Virus record (IMG/VR): IMGVR_UViG_3300013372_001471
Location: 1-64,000 of that record
Reading direction: 5' to 3' (one strand)
Source of the DNA: a virus
Length of the DNA: 64,000 nt
The translations under genes were made by a program, and so were the position numbers. A model generated the notes under the pieces. That model was not told where the DNA came from. It saw only the letters and a list, made by a program, of their open reading frames with translations, and searched no databases. Shown in pieces: positions 1-9,329 of the stretch (position 1 is its first letter; each line of letters starts with the position of its first letter).

Positions 1-59
1 AGAAGAAGTTTTCGGAATATATCTTGTAATTTTCTACCTTCGTTTACCAAATCTTTCAT
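1..59 (-). CDS. 5' part of a gene running out of the window (MKDLVNEGRKLQDIFRKLL...)
   Basis: ATG at 59, open frame to the window edge, ATATTTAT motif upstream at 93-100. Confidence 0.6.
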   Translation of the reverse strand, partial: MKDLVNEGRKLQDIFRKLL

Positions 60-92
60 ACCATTCTCTTAATGAATATAAAAATACCACAT

Positions 93-100
93 ATAAATAT
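93..100 (-). promoter_or_regulatory. ATATTTAT putative phage late-promoter motif (one of 10 intergenic copies)
   Basis: Exact copies at 93, 4735, 5959, 21632, 33222, 38134, 48862, 49505, 54016 and 61245, each shortly upstream of a minus-strand start. Confidence 0.65.
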
Positions 101-109
101 CACCGAAAT

Positions 110-150
110 TGAAATAAACAGAAATCGCCAGACATAATCTGGCGACTTCG
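110..150 (-). terminator. Intrinsic terminator after the secreted-protein operon
   Basis: GAAGTCGCCAGA/TCTGGCGATTTC stem followed by TGTTTATTT. Confidence 0.7.
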
Positions 151-178
151 TAACTCCATTAACACATGGTTATTGAGA

Positions 179-469
179 TTAGTTTCTTGATGGATAAATG
201 CCATTGAGACAAATAGAGTATTCCATATAAGGTTTCCCTTGATAGATGTCTCCAAACTCAATATGCAATGGATTACCATGTTCGTCCTTTGGTCTCAAAT
301 CTGGTAATCCAAAATTATGAATACCATCACCACCATACATTGTTCCAAGTAAAGAAAACAATGCTTCATTGTGTTGAATTTGTAAAAGTTGTCCATGACA
401 AAATGTCCAATCTTTTGGTGCGAAATTGTATGGAAACTGTATTATCATGCCTAAAAAAGGTTCATACAT
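179..469 (-). CDS. Phage tail collar domain (microcystin-dependent protein-like) protein
   Basis: FAPKDW-FCHGQLL-I..NEALFSLLGTMYGGDG..NFGLPDLR signature; C-terminal ICLNGIYPSR. Confidence 0.9.
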   Translation of the reverse strand: MYEPFLGMIIQFPYNFAPKDWTFCHGQLLQIQHNEALFSLLGTMYGGDGIHNFGLPDLRPKDEHGNPLHIEFGDIYQGKPYMEYSICLNGIYPSRN

Positions 470-486
470 TTTATTATCTCCTTGAA

Positions 487-1662
487 TTATTCAACTATAA
501 CCCATTTAGCACCATTGAACCAAAGTGTTCTTGATTGATTTGGCCAAATGGTATAATCAAGTGCAGTATCTGTTCCCCAATCTATATTTCTAATTGTAAC
601 AGTATTTGCAGTTGAGCCATTGAAAATTGTGACGAGCTGACCAACACCTGCACCCGTAGGGGAGACAATGTTGTAGTCCACTGCAACACGACTGACAACC
701 CATCTTGAATTTCCAGGAAGAGTTGCGGGTGCGACTGTGTGAACTGTGACACTACTTGTTTTGTGATGTGGATTAACTTCCCATGAAATACCATTTGTTC
801 CTCTCGTTGCATAGGAGCCGATTGGAGCGGTCTCACCACCTTCGAGAGCAAATACATTGATTGCCCCTCTTTGGACATTGCGTGATGTAACCGTTGAGTC
901 CACCAGAAATTTGGCTGTATCTGCAATGACTGAACGAGCAGAGTTGGTAGCAAACGCAGATGTTGATGCGAAACTAGCATGGTCTGCATCGAAAGCAAAT
1001 ACTGATGTATCTGCAAACTTAGCATGAGTTCCGTTTACGGAATAGAATGCCGTATCGGATTTAGCAGAATGAGCAGCAGTTGAAGCATAAGTTGCTAAAT
1101 CTGCAAGAGTTGCCTTACCGGCTGCACGAGCAGTATCTGCAAACTTCGATGTATTTGAATGATTACTTACTCTGGTTGAGTCTGCATAGTTTGATGTGAG
1201 TGAACTGTTTGCAGTTACAGAGTGAGCGGAAATCTTAGCACTATCTGCAAGTTTTGCCTTATCTGATGTTTCTGAATGTTTTGCCTCAGCAGCATCAAGT
1301 GCATAAGTTGAAAGTAATGCATACGGAACTGTTCTGATTTGTAGTCTTCCGAGTGACACACCGTTCACATAAGCATAAACAAAAAGTTTCTTACCGTAGT
1401 TATCAATCAAGATATTGTCTGCAACATTCTCAATAAGATAATTGATGATACCGTTGTTGATTTCAATATCAACATTCTCACGATACCAAAGAGCGGCAGT
1501 ATTCAATCTTGATACTTCATCGAAAGAACTGTCTGCGATGTAAACTGAAAACTTCGAGTTGATGTCTGTTCCAGCAGGTGCGTGTGCTTGATACTGAATG
1601 TTTGTTCCTGCAAATGCATTGACTGCAATCAAAGTAAAGATTGCCAAAATAACTTGTCTCAT
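487..1662 (-). CDS. Secreted fibre-like protein with Ala/Ser-rich short repeats
   Basis: Signal peptide, YQA and TVPYAL motifs like FCB fibre proteins, repeated A-x-x-A-D-S/T units. Confidence 0.65.
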   Translation of the reverse strand: MRQVILAIFTLIAVNAFAGTNIQYQAHAPAGTDINSKFSVYIADSSFDEVSRLNTAALWYRENVDIEINNGIINYLIENVADNILIDNYGKKLFVYAYVNGVSLGRLQIRTVPYALLSTYALDAAEAKHSETSDKAKLADSAKISAHSVTANSSLTSNYADSTRVSNHSNTSKFADTARAAGKATLADLATYASTAAHSAKSDTAFYSVNGTHAKFADTSVFAFDADHASFASTSAFATNSARSVIADTAKFLVDSTVTSRNVQRGAINVFALEGGETAPIGSYATRGTNGISWEVNPHHKTSSVTVHTVAPATLPGNSRWVVSRVAVDYNIVSPTGAGVGQLVTIFNGSTANTVTIRNIDWGTDTALDYTIWPNQSRTLWFNGAKWVIVE

Positions 1663-1676
1663 TTTTTCCTCATTGT

Positions 1677-2105
1677 TTAATTGAAAATAACTTTTGTTGA
1701 ATATCCTTGTCTATCCCATGTTGTAATTCTGATATAGAACACACCACGATTTGGCAATGTAATAGTATTTGAAGCACCGTTCATTGTTTCGGTTACTACT
1801 CTACCATATACATCTGTTACTTGCACCGATGCGATATTATCAATACCGAATGATACCACACCGTCTCTGGTTGGATTTGGATAAGCAACCATATCAACCA
1901 TGTTTGTTTCTTCTACGGATAACGCTACTCTTTTTGGAATACGAATACCCACATGAAACTTATTCTTATACCCAGCAACTACTTGACCGAGAGTTGCATT
2001 ACCGTTACCACCACTTACTATTGACTTAAGCAAGTGTGGTTTTGTGTCTCCTGCAATTACGGTTGTAACTGCAATAAGCATAGCAATGATATAATTCATT
2101 GACAT
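1677..2105 (-). CDS. Small secreted protein with T9SS type A C-terminal sorting domain
   Basis: Signal peptide; YPNPT...GVFYIRI...KVIF C-terminal motif. Confidence 0.8.
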   Translation of the reverse strand: MSMNYIIAMLIAVTTVIAGDTKPHLLKSIVSGGNGNATLGQVVAGYKNKFHVGIRIPKRVALSVEETNMVDMVAYPNPTRDGVVSFGIDNIASVQVTDVYGRVVTETMNGASNTITLPNRGVFYIRITTWDRQGYSTKVIFN

Positions 2106-2124
2106 AACTCCTTAAATAAAACTA

Positions 2125-2307
2125 TTAAAACTTTTGTATATGTTGTTCTATCAATGCTTTATTGATGTCAAGATATACTGTATCTTTCTTTGGTTTCTCT
2201 TTCTTGCAACAAGAATGGTCTTTCTTCATTTTCTTTGTTTTTACTTCGTCAGCAATAAATGTTTGTGTTACAAACATAAAGCCAACTATTAACATTAAAA
2301 TCTTCAT
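2125..2307 (-). CDS. Small signal-peptide protein
   Basis: Hydrophobic N-terminus, Lys-rich HSCC tail, GGAG RBS. Confidence 0.6.
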   Translation of the reverse strand: MKILMLIVGFMFVTQTFIADEVKTKKMKKDHSCCKKEKPKKDTVYLDINKALIEQHIQKF

Positions 2308-2331
2308 AGCAATCTCCTATAAATTACACTA

Positions 2332-2362
2332 CTAATATATGAAATTTATTGATATGATCAAA
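2332..2362 (-). promoter_or_regulatory. Bacteroidota-type host promoter (TTTG-N19-TATATTAG)
   Basis: Fits the TTTG (-33) / TAnnTTTG (-7) consensus with one mismatch; same architecture at 28151, 35256, 47816, 50762. Confidence 0.65.
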
Positions 2363-2369
2363 ATAAAAT

Positions 2370-2702
2370 TTACCCCATTGGGTTGGCATCACGGATTTTT
2401 TCTTTAATCCACTCATACACTTTTTCATCGTGAGTATTTACTTTCCATTCTTTAACTGTTCTGGTGTCCATTTCGTGAAGGCCAAACGGTCTAACATCGG
2501 ATATTTTAGCAACATGACCTGTTTCAAATTCAATATGCCATGCAACTTTCTCTATACCATCAAAATCATCACCGGCTTCTGTTGAGAAAGTTGGTTGTCC
2601 AAATGCTTTAATTAGGTGTCTAAACTCACATTCCATAACGCCAACTTGTGGTGCCAATCTGACCACAATATCTTTTCCTAATCTGTGTTTAGGGTAATTC
2701 AT
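2370..2702 (-). CDS. Phage hypothetical protein
   Basis: Intact ORF; L..FG.P...W pattern common in phage small proteins. Confidence 0.6.
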   Translation of the reverse strand: MNYPKHRLGKDIVVRLAPQVGVMECEFRHLIKAFGQPTFSTEAGDDFDGIEKVAWHIEFETGHVAKISDVRPFGLHEMDTRTVKEWKVNTHDEKVYEWIKEKIRDANPMG

Positions 2703-2706
2703 AATC

Positions 2707-2901
2707 TCACCTTCTATTTTTGTAATCTGTTTCGTAGAAACCTTGAACTTTAAGAATTGGTTTACTACTTGAAAATGTTTCTAACTTATTCAACTTTGAT
2801 TTTTTTCCACAGGCACATTTTTCTGGAATAGAATTTGTGAGTGGAACAAAATACTCCTCTATCTTTCCACATTTATCACATTCAAAATCATAGGTTGGCA
2901 T
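2707..2901 (-). CDS. FmdB-family zinc ribbon protein
   Basis: MPTYDFECDKCG...CxCG...GFYETDY; start moved to ATG 2901. Confidence 0.85.
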   Translation of the reverse strand: MPTYDFECDKCGKIEEYFVPLTNSIPEKCACGKKSKLNKLETFSSSKPILKVQGFYETDYKNRR

Positions 2902-3070
2902 AAGATATTCCCCCATGAAATAAAAAGTCAATAAACATCTGTATGAAATATATTCCGATTGCGAGTGGCAATCCTAAAAGAAATGTTAATGCAATTACAA
3001 CAACCGCATAAACTAAATAGGCAAATGGGGTAACTATCCCCATTGATAAAAACTCAAAGAATTTTTGCAT
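2888..3070 (-). CDS. Small membrane protein
   Basis: Almost wholly hydrophobic 60-aa ORF. Confidence 0.5.
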   Translation of the reverse strand: MQKFFEFLSMGIVTPFAYLVYAVVVIALTFLLGLPLAIGIYFIQMFIDFLFHGGISYANL

Positions 3071-3088
3071 AATAAAACCTTTTGTATA

Positions 3089-3370
3089 TTAAAACTTTGA
3101 AACTTCATTTACTATGTGTGTATAATCAACGTTATTGATATTTATGGTTCCTTTCAAAACAGATAAATTCATAGAAGTTAATCCTTTCTTAAAAAACTTT
3201 TTGAGGGTATCTTTTATTAAAGGTGCAATCAAAACAGAAAATTCATCAGCATTTAATCTGTGATTCTTTTCAAAAAATATCTGTTCTTGAAACACTATTT
3301 CAAATAGTTCATCTTTTAATTCATCATTTAATTCTATGATGTCCATAACCGTTCTTGTATCAAAATTCAT
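3089..3370 (-). CDS. Hypothetical protein
   Basis: ORF in packed operon; likely start MNFDT at 3370. Confidence 0.5.
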   Translation of the reverse strand: MNFDTRTVMDIIELNDELKDELFEIVFQEQIFFEKNHRLNADEFSVLIAPLIKDTLKKFFKKGLTSMNLSVLKGTININNVDYTHIVNEVSKF

Positions 3371-3557
3371 AGTATGAACTATTCCCATTAGAAAAATCAA
3401 AAAAGTTATCCGATGTTAAATATGAATATGAAATTGATTTTATTTCATCCATAGTCAAACCATTTTCTTCATAGTTCTCTAAATCTTTTTCTGTAATGTA
3501 TAAGTAATTTCCTTTTGAAGAATAGAATCTCCAACCGTCTACGAAAATAAAATTCAT
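3360..3557 (-). CDS. Hypothetical protein
   Basis: Packed ORF with AGGT RBS-like motif. Confidence 0.5.
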   Translation of the reverse strand: MNFIFVDGWRFYSSKGNYLYITEKDLENYEENGLTMDEIKSISYSYLTSDNFFDFSNGNSSYYEF

Positions 3558-3567
3558 TTAGTATACC

Positions 3568-4200
3568 TTATATCATTTCTATTTCATCTTCATCATCTTC
3601 TTCTCCACCTTCTTCATCAAATTCATCGAAGTCATCGAAGTCATCGAAGTCATCATATGATTCATCATCATAATAATCTTCATCATCTTCATCATCAAAT
3701 TCTTCTTCTTCTACATCATCCCATTCTTGATCATCCATTTGATCTTCTGTTTCATCTTCCATTTCATATTCCATGTTATCATCCATGTCTTGACCTCCGA
3801 TAAAGTATTTGATATAACCATGAACAGCATCAATATAATTTTCAGCAATAGATAATTTGTATTGAACCCAATCTTCAAGTTGCATTTCCCGATTCATCAT
3901 TTTATACAACTGATTTGACTTTTCCATAATAGCAAGTAATTGTGCTTTTGCCATTTCTGTTTCATCTTCAAATTGATTGTGTGATTCTTTTAATTTATTT
4001 CTATAATCGAATAACCGTGATTCTGCAATACGGACTAATTTTTTTGCAACCATTTTTTTCTTTGAGTTACTTTTTAACACGCCAGAAGTATTCACAGCTT
4101 CGTGTAAATCTTTTCTTAAATTGTTAATCTTTTTTTTCTGTTTTACTTCTCTCAAAGCGTTTACAGTTTCTTCAATTATCATTTTCTTTATAGGTTTCAT
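3568..4200 (-). CDS. Hypothetical protein with basic N-terminus and very acidic C-terminus
   Basis: GGAG RBS before ATG 4200; LEDWVQ.K...A..YI motif; long D/E tail. Confidence 0.65.
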   Translation of the reverse strand: MKPIKKMIIEETVNALREVKQKKKINNLRKDLHEAVNTSGVLKSNSKKKMVAKKLVRIAESRLFDYRNKLKESHNQFEDETEMAKAQLLAIMEKSNQLYKMMNREMQLEDWVQYKLSIAENYIDAVHGYIKYFIGGQDMDDNMEYEMEDETEDQMDDQEWDDVEEEEFDDEDDEDYYDDESYDDFDDFDDFDEFDEEGGEEDDEDEIEMI

Positions 4201-4265
4201 TATACTCTCCAACACCTTTTAGGCATATACAAATATACAAAAATTATTTCAAATTAAAAAGCAAA

Positions 4266-4730
4266 TTATTCTTCATCCATAATATCTTCCATGCCACCAA
4301 AAAGATAATCCAATTCATCACCCTCTTCATCTTGGGAAACAAAATCGGCTTGGCCAACACGTGTATCTAAATCAACAAAAGAATCAAGAAATGCATCCTT
4401 GTCTGGAGATATGTATGATTTTCTTTTCATAAGAGGTTCAACCATAGCAACAAACATTTCTTTTTCCGCATCGGTTGTTGGCTGTGACAACTTATTTTTC
4501 AACTTAAATGTATCTTTTGGAGAATACTGTGTAACACGATGTCCGAATACATCTTCTTTCATCATGTTCATAATGTATTTTGCTTCTTCAATTTCTTTAT
4601 ACATCTTCCTTCTCTTTTTTCTTCCAGCACAATGAGCTTTCTGACTAAATCCCTTTGGTCTGGAGCAGTTTATTGATTTCTTATACTTGTTAGACCATTT
4701 TTCCAATATGTTTTCTATTTTGTTTTCCAT
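4266..4730 (-). CDS. Phage hypothetical protein
   Basis: KWS.KYKKSINC..PKGFSQKAHC motif; ATATTTAT directly upstream. Confidence 0.65.
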   Translation of the reverse strand: MENKIENILEKWSNKYKKSINCSRPKGFSQKAHCAGRKKRRKMYKEIEEAKYIMNMMKEDVFGHRVTQYSPKDTFKLKNKLSQPTTDAEKEMFVAMVEPLMKRKSYISPDKDAFLDSFVDLDTRVGQADFVSQDEEGDELDYLFGGMEDIMDEE

Positions 4731-4741
4731 ATAAATAAATA

Positions 4742-5173
4742 TCAAATTCTTTGTATTGCATCATAAATTTGATCAGATATTGGTTGTGGTATGGTATCTT
4801 TTGTAAACCAATTGACATCTTCGTGTTCCCAATCTATCTTAACAAAGAATCTCTTTTTTACTGTGTATAAGAAAAGAAAATACATCCTATCATCTGCAAA
4901 GTATCTATCTATACAAGTTAATTTTGCATCCGGTGGTATATGGTGTGTTGTTTCTTCAAAGAACTCTCTACGAGCACAATCTTCCATTGACTCTAATTTG
5001 TTTACATCTACTTCTCCAGATGGAACAGACCAGTGTCCACCTAAATAATGTGCCTTAGATGTTCTTTTTGTTAAAAGAAATTCACCGGAAGTGGTCATGG
5101 CAAGAATGCCAGCCGCTCCCGGTTTCATTATTTTACAAAGTTGTTCGGGTGATATGTGGTTTATATTAGGCAT
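4742..5173 (-). CDS. NUDIX hydrolase
   Basis: W..PSG.V......EDCARREFFEET Nudix box. Confidence 0.85.
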   Translation of the reverse strand: MPNINHISPEQLCKIMKPGAAGILAMTTSGEFLLTKRTSKAHYLGGHWSVPSGEVDVNKLESMEDCARREFFEETTHHIPPDAKLTCIDRYFADDRMYFLFLYTVKKRFFVKIDWEHEDVNWFTKDTIPQPISDQIYDAIQRI

Positions 5174-5360
5174 CTTTGTTCAATGTTTGAGGGTATTTAC
5201 CATTTTTTATTCTATTGTATATCATAATAAGTTCTACCTCTGACATATCATCAAGATGACGTTTACCAACAATTTGTTGGCACCATGACATGAAGCTCTT
5301 ATCTCCATCCCAAGACACCCCCATCTTATCTGCAATTTTATGTATGTCTTTTGGTATCAT
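5166..5360 (-). CDS. Hypothetical protein
   Basis: Coupled ORF; W...GK.HLDDM motif. Confidence 0.55.
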   Translation of the reverse strand: MIPKDIHKIADKMGVSWDGDKSFMSWCQQIVGKRHLDDMSEVELIMIYNRIKNGKYPQTLNKDA

Positions 5361-5545
5361 CTATTATACGGGAACATATCATTTAGTTTCTGTTTTCTTT
5401 TATTGCAACCACAGTCTTCTTTACCAATAGTTTTAGCAACTGCTTCTGCAACTTTGTCCAAACCAACAGCATTAGTAATCTTTGCAATAGTATCACCAAG
5501 ACCTTTTGATTCTTGATTTTCATTCAATCGTGTCTGTTCACTCAT
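5357..5545 (-). CDS. Phage hypothetical protein
   Basis: SKGLGDTI.K.T...DCGC..RK..LN..FPY motif. Confidence 0.65.
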   Translation of the reverse strand: MSEQTRLNENQESKGLGDTIAKITNAVGLDKVAEAVAKTIGKEDCGCNKRKQKLNDMFPYNR

Positions 5546-5566
5546 AGTAACCACCTTTAATTAGTT

Positions 5567-5923
5567 TTACTTTAATGTAATTAAATAACGAAGTTTATTA
5601 AATTCTGCTAACATTTCATCACGAATGTTAAGTAAGTCTGTATCCGTCTGTCCGTTCAGAACATTATCCAAGTTCAGAAGATACCCAACTGTTTCATCTA
5701 TAAATGCCATAATATCCTTTTCATTTCTGTTGTATAGTTTGAATGGCAATGCCGGAACCCTACCGTATTTACCCATAAGAACTTCAACAAAACTGTCAAT
5801 CAATCCATCCATTGCACTATACGTTCCCCCATACGCCTGATGGCGTGCGTATGATTTGGTCTGCCAATGAAAGAAACGAAGCTGTGTTTGAATAGCGACC
5901 AGTGTGCTTGCTATTTCATGCAT
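5567..5923 (-). CDS. Ferritin/Dps-like four-helix protein
   Basis: HWQT.SYA.H.A...Y...D..VE...G pattern. Confidence 0.75.
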   Translation of the reverse strand: MHEIASTLVAIQTQLRFFHWQTKSYARHQAYGGTYSAMDGLIDSFVEVLMGKYGRVPALPFKLYNRNEKDIMAFIDETVGYLLNLDNVLNGQTDTDLLNIRDEMLAEFNKLRYLITLK

Positions 5924-5970
5924 ATTATTCTCCAAAAAATAAAATGTATATTCCGAATATAAATATGTGT

Positions 5971-6987
5971 TTAATTCTGTTTATTATTATTTTTCCAAAA
6001 AGAATATATCCCCTTGTCTAACTCATAGTTTTCCCAAATAAATTGTTCTCTCATTGGTTGAGACTTTGCCCATTCCCACATAAGTTTCAATCCTTCATCA
6101 AGGAGAGTCTTATCTTCATAATCAAGTAATTTAACAGACTTGTCCCATGTTGGATGTGCATATTTTACCTCATGTCTTGGTTCAAGATAGACTGTTTGAC
6201 AATAGCCCGTTACTGAACATAATACATCATTGGCAAAGTTAATGGTCTGTTCATGCGTTCCACCGAGATTTATTATCTCCTTTGAAGCCCTTTTATCAAC
6301 AGCAGCTTTCCAAAGTGGTTCGAGACAATCATCTATGTAACTAAATGCACGAACTTGTTTACCATCACCATATATTGTCATAGGTTTATTATTAAGTATC
6401 TGATACATCCATATACCTAATACATTCCTATACTTATCCCAAATGTTTTGTTTAACACCATAAACATTATGTGGTCTTATTATACACCAATCTAATCCGT
6501 GTTGTTCTCCTGCAATCTGTATGTCTTGTTCGCATGCAAACTTAGCAACACCATACGGATCTATTGGTGTGGGTTGATGTGCTTCATCAAATGGTGGCGT
6601 TCCATGACCATATACTGCCATAGTTGATGTGAATACCAATCTTTTTATATCATGTTTAATACAGTTGTTTACAATGTTGGCGGTTGCCAATAGATTATTC
6701 TCATAATTGAAACAACGGATGAATGGTGATAATCCTTCAGCGGCATAAGCTGCCATGTGATATACATAAGTTGGTTTGTGTTTATCAAATATATCATCTA
6801 TACCTTTTCTATCAACACAATCAACCCCATAGAATATAGCATTAGGGTTTACATTATCAATGTAACCGCCGGATAAGTTATCCACAATAACAACATCGTA
6901 TTCTGGTTTGTTTTCTATTATCCAATCAGCCATTCGTGAGCCAATTAAACCTGCACCACCGGTAATCAATACAGTTTCTTTATTCAT
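5971..6987 (-). CDS. NAD-dependent nucleotide-sugar epimerase/dehydratase
   Basis: TGGAGLIG and YGVAK SDR motifs. Confidence 0.9.
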   Translation of the reverse strand: MNKETVLITGGAGLIGSRMADWIIENKPEYDVVIVDNLSGGYIDNVNPNAIFYGVDCVDRKGIDDIFDKHKPTYVYHMAAYAAEGLSPFIRCFNYENNLLATANIVNNCIKHDIKRLVFTSTMAVYGHGTPPFDEAHQPTPIDPYGVAKFACEQDIQIAGEQHGLDWCIIRPHNVYGVKQNIWDKYRNVLGIWMYQILNNKPMTIYGDGKQVRAFSYIDDCLEPLWKAAVDKRASKEIINLGGTHEQTINFANDVLCSVTGYCQTVYLEPRHEVKYAHPTWDKSVKLLDYEDKTLLDEGLKLMWEWAKSQPMREQFIWENYELDKGIYSFWKNNNKQN

Positions 6988-7768
6988 ATCGTATTCCTTG
7001 AATTACATTTCCTTTTGGTGAATGAGAGTTTTCTTTTGTTCTGAATGGATTGAAGCCCCATTTGTATTTGAATGTTTCGGCGGCATCCCTTTCACTTTCT
7101 TTGAACCTATCTCCTTCAGATCCATTCTTTGTTGCCATGCTTCCGAAGTGATAGAAATTCAATTTTCTACTTCTTAAAAAGTTACATCCAATCAATTCTA
7201 ATTTCAAAAAGAAATCCCAATCACAAATGAAAGGTGAATTGTATATGGTATCGAACCCACCAACGGCCATATAGTATTTCTTCTGCATAATAAATGGAAA
7301 TATCTCACCGTCTTCTGTTAATAAATTTTCTCTATGATTTTGTTCTTCTTCTGTATATCGTTTGAAATCGAAATCATCTACACCGCCAAAGTTAAGTGTA
7401 ACGAAATTAAATATACTTGGCGTTCTTTCAATTTGATTTGGTGTTATTACTAACTTATCTTCAAAGTCTTTTTCGAGAATACTATCCCAATCTTTTGGAA
7501 AAACATTATCATCATTTACTATCAACATCCATTCATTTGTTGCATTGTATGTTCCAACATTAAGTGCATACTGCATACCAGAGTTTTGTTCCAATGGTAT
7601 GAAAGAAACTCGGTTACTATATTCTTCAATGATGTGTTGCGTTTCTTCAACGAAGCCATCTATGACAACTATTATTTCATTGTTATACTTTTGATTTTCC
7701 AATGCAGACTTCAAACAAATATCTAAACACTTTGGATTTCTGTATGAGGGTATTATTACTGAAATCAT
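6980..7768 (-). CDS. GT2-family glycosyltransferase
   Basis: ISVIIPSY, NDD, GGFD...DWDF. Confidence 0.85.
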   Translation of the reverse strand: MISVIIPSYRNPKCLDICLKSALENQKYNNEIIVVIDGFVEETQHIIEEYSNRVSFIPLEQNSGMQYALNVGTYNATNEWMLIVNDDNVFPKDWDSILEKDFEDKLVITPNQIERTPSIFNFVTLNFGGVDDFDFKRYTEEEQNHRENLLTEDGEIFPFIMQKKYYMAVGGFDTIYNSPFICDWDFFLKLELIGCNFLRSRKLNFYHFGSMATKNGSEGDRFKESERDAAETFKYKWGFNPFRTKENSHSPKGNVIQGIRYE

Positions 7769-8463
7769 ATTTTGCTCCAATCTGTTAGGGGTGATAACCA
7801 AGCAGTTTCACCGTGAGTTGAATAACCAGGCATGGGTGTCATCAGAGCAACACCATTATCTCTTAATTCTAAAAACATATCAAAGTCTCTTGGGTAGTGC
7901 CCCATGTTTGTCCATTTCCTTAAAATACTTTCATCGCGTTTCAACGATTTAACTTTACCAGCAAATGTCATGGTAGTGCTGTTTGCCAATTTCCAATGAC
8001 AACTTTTTGAAAGATATACCTTTGTAACTTCACCACCATCTTCATCAACAAATTTATTTCCACCACGAACTGCCGGTATGTATTTATCAGGATGGTCATA
8101 AAGACTTACATAATCTGCACCGAGTTCTATTCCTTCGTTAATTATATCAATTGAATTTGATTTATGAAGATAATCATTTTCCAAGAAATATACAAGCAAA
8201 TTTTCATCTTGTTCTAATGCCCAATCTAGTGCAAGATTGAATGTTCCCGCACCATGACCAACAGAAACTATTTTAACACCATCAACATATTTCAATATCA
8301 TTTCTTTTGTAGTATCTGAAACATTGTCTGCAATAACATGAAAATTATCTTTACCAAATACTTCAACTGCATTTCTTAAACAGTTTTCGTTTGTTATGTA
8401 ATCTGGTTTAACTTTACTATAACCAGCATCTGATATTCTGTAAACTACTTTTGTATTACTCAT
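7765..8463 (-). CDS. GT-A fold glycosyltransferase
   Basis: VYFLENDYLH, YVSLYDHPDKY; cluster context. Confidence 0.7.
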   Translation of the reverse strand: MSNTKVVYRISDAGYSKVKPDYITNENCLRNAVEVFGKDNFHVIADNVSDTTKEMILKYVDGVKIVSVGHGAGTFNLALDWALEQDENLLVYFLENDYLHKSNSIDIINEGIELGADYVSLYDHPDKYIPAVRGGNKFVDEDGGEVTKVYLSKSCHWKLANSTTMTFAGKVKSLKRDESILRKWTNMGHYPRDFDMFLELRDNGVALMTPMPGYSTHGETAWLSPLTDWSKI

Positions 8464-9329
8464 TTTGTTCCTATTAAATCTTTGATACCATTTTCCCAAA
8501 GCATATCACCAAGTGATATGTATTTCTTTGCTTCTTCAAAGTTGTGTCTTATTGCATCGATTCTGCTGTTGTAAAACTCCTCTGTGAACATACCACTTAA
8601 AAATTTCTCAAATAAATCATCACAGTCTTTGAAGAAAATGATACCATCTTTATCGAACATATCAAGATAGGATGTATCTTTATTTGTCCAGTAAATTGGA
8701 ATACAACCACATAACATAGAATCTAATATCTTTTCAGAAAAGAATACGTCATCTTCATTTTCTATCACCAATTCAAATCTATAATCTTTTAATCCCAAAA
8801 ACTTACTATTGAAATCGGGATTAACATATTCAATTATTGGTTCTAAAAGAGAGGACTGTCTATTTCGTATTTCATGCCTAAGATTATGACCAGGCATATA
8901 ATTTTTATGAGACATTATACAAGTTATATTACCTGTCTTTGGATAAATGTTCCATTCTTCTGGACGAATAAGTGTTCTCGCACCACCTGGAAAATACTTA
9001 AACTTTTCAGGATTTGGTGAATCCAATCCAAAGTCTTTATAGGTGCTGAATATCAAATCAAAATGTTCTTGGTTGTCTAATACGAACTGGTAATGCCATT
9101 GTGCAAGAACTCTCGGTTCTACCAAAACTGCAATCTTATATTTTATATCATCGCGTTTTATATCCTGCATACATGGAGAATCCCAACAATCTATCCATAT
9201 AGCAATATCTTGCATTTCATATGGTGTCCAATGTAAATACTTACTTGGAAAACACGGCCATTGTTCTGCAATCTCTTTATCGCCATAGTTTCCAGGATTG
9301 CACATAAATGCCTTTAATCTGTCCATCAT
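8460..9329 (-). CDS. GT10-like (fucosyltransferase-type) glycosyltransferase
   Basis: YRFELVIEN...FSEKILD...GCIPIYW motif. Confidence 0.8.
   Translation of the reverse strand: MMDRLKAFMCNPGNYGDKEIAEQWPCFPSKYLHWTPYEMQDIAIWIDCWDSPCMQDIKRDDIKYKIAVLVEPRVLAQWHYQFVLDNQEHFDLIFSTYKDFGLDSPNPEKFKYFPGGARTLIRPEEWNIYPKTGNITCIMSHKNYMPGHNLRHEIRNRQSSLLEPIIEYVNPDFNSKFLGLKDYRFELVIENEDDVFFSEKILDSMLCGCIPIYWTNKDTSYLDMFDKDGIIFFKDCDDLFEKFLSGMFTEEFYNSRIDAIRHNFEEAKKYISLGDMLWENGIKDLIGTK

Noticed and set aside
3590-3740. TCATCGAAG tandem repeats
   Set aside because: Explained by DDF repeats in an acidic low-complexity tail
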